Source: a virus (Duplodnaviria > Caudoviricetes). From it: a stretch of 30,049 bases of DNA. The stretch is from positions 1 to 30,049 of the IMG/VR virus record IMGVR_UViG_3300002966_000377; one strand, given 5' to 3'. Of the stretch, positions 26,427 to 30,049 are shown piece after piece (position 1 is the stretch's first letter; each line of letters starts with the position of its first letter). The notes under the pieces are model-generated. The model ran no database searches. It was given only the letters and a program-made list of their open reading frames with translations, and was not told where the DNA came from. Position numbers and translations under genes: made by a program.

Positions 26427-26837
26427 ATGTTGCAAAATATTGAGACACTGTCAAAAGAAGAGTTGATGGACGCTGTAAGAGCGTTGGAAGTGAGGCTTTC
26501 AGCTCTTGAAAAAGAGAATCAAGAGCTTAGAGAGCTTGCAGAAACGGGGAAAAAATATATTGAGCATCTACGTGCTGAAGCTACAAAGTTTGTGAAAGTC
26601 GTAGAAGGTGAAAAATCAGCACTTCTCAAGCTCATAGAAAAAGCTGATGTAGACACACTCAAGGATATGGTCGATGACTATAGAGCAAAAGCTTCTGAAA
26701 AATTGCAATCTAAGAGCGTTCAAATACCACCAGAACAATCTCAACCAGGCACAGTAAAGAAAGAAGACATAGAGAAAATGAGCTTTGAGGAATTGAAAGA
26801 ATTGGGCGAGAAACTTAAAAGGGAGGTAATGAGATAA
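26427..26837 (+). CDS. Capsid scaffolding protein
   Basis: Coiled coil, located between protease and capsid. Confidence 0.7.
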   Translation: MLQNIETLSKEELMDAVRALEVRLSALEKENQELRELAETGKKYIEHLRAEATKFVKVVEGEKSALLKLIEKADVDTLKDMVDDYRAKASEKLQSKSVQIPPEQSQPGTVKKEDIEKMSFEELKELGEKLKREVMR

Positions 26838-27733
26838 TGGCAACAGTAACAGGATTGACAAACCCAGAACTTTTCCCGATTTATTACGAGCGAAAGCTCT
26901 TGCAATTTGTCAGACAGAATTTGCCACTACTGAATTACGGGCAAAAGTTTATGATGCCACTCAACAGCGGTAGACAAGCTGTATTTACAAGATTCCAACT
27001 ACTGCCAATCGTATCTACGCCTCTGACCTTCCAACCAACTCCAGCAGGCACACCAATCACAGACCAACAAGTGACTGTGCAAATAGATGAATATGGAAAC
27101 TATATAGCTCTTGATGAGTTTACAGACATCACATCCTTTACACCTATCATGGATGCTGCTATTGAGCTTCTTGCTTACAACGCTCAACAATCACTGCACA
27201 CAGTAGCAATGAATGTTTTGGCCGCAGGCACAAATGTAATTTATGCGGGTGGTCAAACAAGCAGAAGCGCCTTGACTGGATCATATCCGCTTACAACGCA
27301 AAACATAATACAAGCTTCAAACCTATTGATGGATGCGAATATTCCAACATTCCCAGACGGCTATTATGTGTGTTTCATCCATCCAGATAAGATCATGAAT
27401 TTGTTCACAGCCGAACAGCTGATACAATTGTCTATGACAAAGCGTGGCCCAATAGAGAAGGGATACATAGGTGAGTTTGCAGGTGTGAAATTCATTGTTT
27501 CCACTGCTATGCCAATCGTTCCAAACGGAAACTCAACAACTCCAGCCAATGTTTATCAAACGCTGGTCGTGGGATTCAATGGATATGGGCTTGTTGATCT
27601 GGATGGAAACACAGTACAAACTGTCTATACGAACGTAGATCCATTAGGAAGAGTCAAAAACGTCGGTTGGAGAGCTTATTTTGGATGCACGATACTGTAC
27701 CAACCAGCGGTAGTGAGAATAGAGTCTAACTAA
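26837..27733 (+). CDS. Major capsid protein, N4-gp56-like
   Basis: P.NSG....F.R, EYG.Y, YV..IHP, G.IG...GV.F, DPL.....GW. Confidence 0.88.
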   Translation: MATVTGLTNPELFPIYYERKLLQFVRQNLPLLNYGQKFMMPLNSGRQAVFTRFQLLPIVSTPLTFQPTPAGTPITDQQVTVQIDEYGNYIALDEFTDITSFTPIMDAAIELLAYNAQQSLHTVAMNVLAAGTNVIYAGGQTSRSALTGSYPLTTQNIIQASNLLMDANIPTFPDGYYVCFIHPDKIMNLFTAEQLIQLSMTKRGPIEKGYIGEFAGVKFIVSTAMPIVPNGNSTTPANVYQTLVVGFNGYGLVDLDGNTVQTVYTNVDPLGRVKNVGWRAYFGCTILYQPAVVRIESN

Positions 27734-27744
27734 GGGAGTGGGAT

Positions 27745-27903
27745 ATGAAATTGTTTGTTAAAGAATCAACATCGGTATGGATAAACGGTAAAGAATACAA
27801 AGTGGCGGCTGGTATACAAGAAGTAGATGACAACATAGCTCTTATCTTGCTTGAAGCAAAACTCGCTGAAGAAGTAAAAGAAGATGACAAGAAGAAGAAA
27901 TGA
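27745..27903 (+). CDS. 52-aa small virion-associated protein (not in ORF track)
   Basis: MKLFVKESTSVWINGKEYKVAAG...; ATGA overlap with the next gene. Confidence 0.75.
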   Translation: MKLFVKESTSVWINGKEYKVAAGIQEVDDNIALILLEAKLAEEVKEDDKKKK

Positions 27904-28238
27904 TACAGGTAACTGATTTGCAGGCTTTTGTAAACGATAGCTCATATCCAACTACAATTTTGCAGAATTGTATCAATCTTGCCGTAGATAGATTGATGAA
28001 TTTATTAAACATATCTGACGCCTCCGAAATACCCGATACGCCAGAAGTCAATAAAGCCCTCTTACTTCTGGCGGCTTCTGAGCTTGCTACGAATGTGAAT
28101 ATGTACTGGTCAAAAGCAGAAGGAAGGCAAATCATGAACGTCAAACAGATGATAGCAGAAGTAGAAAGAATCTTGAACCTTGCGCCTCAAGCGAGTATCG
28201 TATGGCAAACACTATCGAGCAGCTCGAGCAATTCTTAA
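27900..28238 (+). CDS. Head-tail adaptor-like protein
   Basis: Size, helical pattern and position after the capsid gene. Confidence 0.6.
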   Translation: MIQVTDLQAFVNDSSYPTTILQNCINLAVDRLMNLLNISDASEIPDTPEVNKALLLLAASELATNVNMYWSKAEGRQIMNVKQMIAEVERILNLAPQASIVWQTLSSSSSNS

Positions 28239-28642
28239 AAGAGCTTCCTGCAAAAGTGCAAGAAGCAGCGAATATCACATTGCAGAAGTCTGCTTTAAAA
28301 ATACAAAAAGATATTAGAGATATTTTTAAAACACAAGGAGCATCTCAAGGAATTGAATGGGCTCCTCTTACAAAACAATATTTGAAAGAGAAAATTAAGA
28401 AAGGATATTCAGAAAAGAAATTAATCAGGACATCTACATTAATGCAGTCTTGGACGTGGAGATTGCAACCATTGATGGCGGTGGTGGGAACAGAAGTACC
28501 ATACGCCATATATAACGAAATGGGAACATATAAAATGCCAGCGAGACCTTTTGCAAAACCCGTGAAAGAATCGTTTGAAAAACAGCAAATAGCAGAAAAG
28601 ATGTTTGTAAAAACGCTTGATGAGGTATTGAAAGGTGTTTGA
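28202..28642 (+). CDS. Virion morphogenesis protein (Mu gpG/P2 gpS-like)
   Basis: WAPL, LIRT..L..S, VGT..PYA...E.GT..MPARPF. Confidence 0.88.
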   Translation: MANTIEQLEQFLKELPAKVQEAANITLQKSALKIQKDIRDIFKTQGASQGIEWAPLTKQYLKEKIKKGYSEKKLIRTSTLMQSWTWRLQPLMAVVGTEVPYAIYNEMGTYKMPARPFAKPVKESFEKQQIAEKMFVKTLDEVLKGV

Positions 28643-29069
28643 TACATTAGAGACACAAATTATTCAAACATTGACAACAGCGGGAATAAACGCTCAGCCG
28701 TGGAGCGGTAAAGCTGATGAGCTATTCTTTAGACCCAATTACACCCCCTTCGTACGAATAATCATTGAGAGTGTAGATTTTCAGCCGTTATCTCCATACT
28801 CCTACGAAACAAAGTTTCAATTTAGTGCTCTTTTATTTTTTAAAGCCTTGAGGGAGGAGGCAGAGGGAGCATATCCCTTGATTACTAACATTATCAACGC
28901 ACTTGTCCAACAAACAGACTATAACGTAGAGCCTGTAAAGGTTGATCTTTTAGCACACGAATCAGGGAGTTTTGTTTACCGTTTAATATTCAAAGCAAAC
29001 GGCAGATATGTTGTGCCGTACACTGATGATGTAATTGTAAGTCAAATCAATGTGGAGGCAATGCCATGA
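28635..29069 (+). CDS. Tail terminator-like protein (Mu gp37-like)
   Basis: Position and size, GAY.L motif. Confidence 0.55.
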   Translation: MFDTLETQIIQTLTTAGINAQPWSGKADELFFRPNYTPFVRIIIESVDFQPLSPYSYETKFQFSALLFFKALREEAEGAYPLITNIINALVQQTDYNVEPVKVDLLAHESGSFVYRLIFKANGRYVVPYTDDVIVSQINVEAMP

Positions 29070-29251
29070 AGTATAAGGTGAAAATCACGTATCCAACAAT
29101 GGTATGGATTGCTGGGAAGAGCTATCCTCTTTATCCAGATCGTGAAGTTGAACTGCCAGATATCAACAGCGACCATTTGAGAACACTGATAGGTCTTGGA
29201 TATTTAGAACCAGAACAAGAACAAGATCACGATCACGAGAAGGAGGTGTGA
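29066..29251 (+). CDS. Small protein preceding the sheath gene
   Basis: 61 aa, L...GYLE motif, coupled translation. Confidence 0.7.
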   Translation: MKYKVKITYPTMVWIAGKSYPLYPDREVELPDINSDHLRTLIGLGYLEPEQEQDHDHEKEV

Positions 29252-29252
29252 T

Positions 29253-30049
29253 ATGCCAGCAAGCTATCTTCACGGTATTGAAACGATAGAACTAACCACG
29301 GGACCAATTCCAGTTCAACAAGTAAGCTCTGCTATTGTGTTTTTGGTTGGTACTGCACCAGTGCAGGATACAATCCCAGCTGGAATGTCATCAACAGCTT
29401 GGTATCAACAAATAGTCAACGAGCCCGTCTTAGTCTTGAGCAAAAGTGATGCTGTGACCAATTTCGGACCACCAACGCCAGGATACACGATACCTTACGC
29501 ACTTGATGCAATATTCGATCAAGGCGGGACTACTTGTGTGGTTGTGAATGTCTTCAATCCAGTATCAAACACAAACTCTGCGGGTCTACCAGACCCAACC
29601 ACGGTCACGGATGCTCAAGTGATTGGTGGCATAGATCCAACCACTGGGCTTAGAACAGGGCTTGAAATAATAGATCAATTGTATACGCAGTTTGGTTTTA
29701 CCGCAAAATTGATGCTTGCTCCGTTTTTCTGTGAGAATCAAGACGTTGCCGCTGCTATGATAGCAAAAGCTGAAAATCATAGAGCATTTGCACTTATAGA
29801 TGCTCCAGTAGGACTTACTACACAACAAGTTATCGAAGCCCGAGGCGCTGGTGGACAGCTCAATACATCTTCGTACAGGACGATAATTTGCTATCCGCAC
29901 TTGAAAGTTTACGATGAAGCCTTGAACGCACCAAGACTCGAACCGTTTTCTCAACGGCTGGCTGGTGTGATAGCAAGAGTAGACAATGATTATGGGTATT
30001 GGTGGTCTCCATCGAACCACGAGATAGAAAACATAATAGGTATAGAACG
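29253..30049 (+). CDS. Tail sheath protein (P2 FI-like), partial; not in ORF track
   Basis: AGGAGG RBS; MPASYLHGIETIE...VGTAP...YTIPYAL.AI...RTGL...GYWWSPSN; runs off the window edge. Confidence 0.92.
   Translation, partial: MPASYLHGIETIELTTGPIPVQQVSSAIVFLVGTAPVQDTIPAGMSSTAWYQQIVNEPVLVLSKSDAVTNFGPPTPGYTIPYALDAIFDQGGTTCVVVNVFNPVSNTNSAGLPDPTTVTDAQVIGGIDPTTGLRTGLEIIDQLYTQFGFTAKLMLAPFFCENQDVAAAMIAKAENHRAFALIDAPVGLTTQQVIEARGAGGQLNTSSYRTIICYPHLKVYDEALNAPRLEPFSQRLAGVIARVDNDYGYWWSPSNHEIENIIGIE

Larger units (their letters stand above)
100..30049. mobile_element. Mu-like transposable prophage with contractile tail; left boundary approximate, truncated at right window edge
   Basis: DDE transposase plus AAA ATPase, Mu gp25-gp28-like packaging genes, portal, MuF, capsid, sheath, baseplate and lysis genes. 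No integrase in the window. Confidence 0.9.

Overview
The window starts with a tRNA-Ser(TGA) and a repeat-rich AT-rich spacer. The rest is about 29.6 kb of an apparently intact Mu-like transposable prophage with a contractile tail that runs off the right edge. The early region (CI-type repressor, Cro/Ner-like, HU, Bet/RecT, ParB-HTH, DDE transposase, MuB-like ATPase, DnaC-like ATPase) lies in the middle. Structural genes are split between two divergent arms. The left arm holds baseplate, terminase/portal/MuF, tail fibre and lysis genes; the right arm holds protease, scaffold, N4-gp56-type capsid, neck and sheath. Two cis-element families are visible directly in the DNA. (1) A 16-bp motif TTGAAACCTTTGCTGG occurs in 5 copies, each 32-33 bp before the first start codon of a module, with a -10-like hexamer 20 bp downstream. 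In 3 copies its TGA is the upstream gene's stop codon, and it marks the points where gene order is shuffled. (2) A palindrome (C)TGCA-N4-TGCA(G) occurs in about 21 exact copies by manual count, dispersed through coding and intergenic DNA, in a phage that encodes a ParB-domain/HTH protein. Other notable items are an unannotated 59-aa paralogue of the transposase N-terminal HTH, an OatA-like SGNH esterase after the lytic transglycosylase, a MuF protein with a toxin-like tail, and an ImmA/DUF4411 cassette. The host cannot be determined; a Gram-negative thermo/acidophile such as Aquificota is a guess. All family calls are from motif recognition, not database searches.
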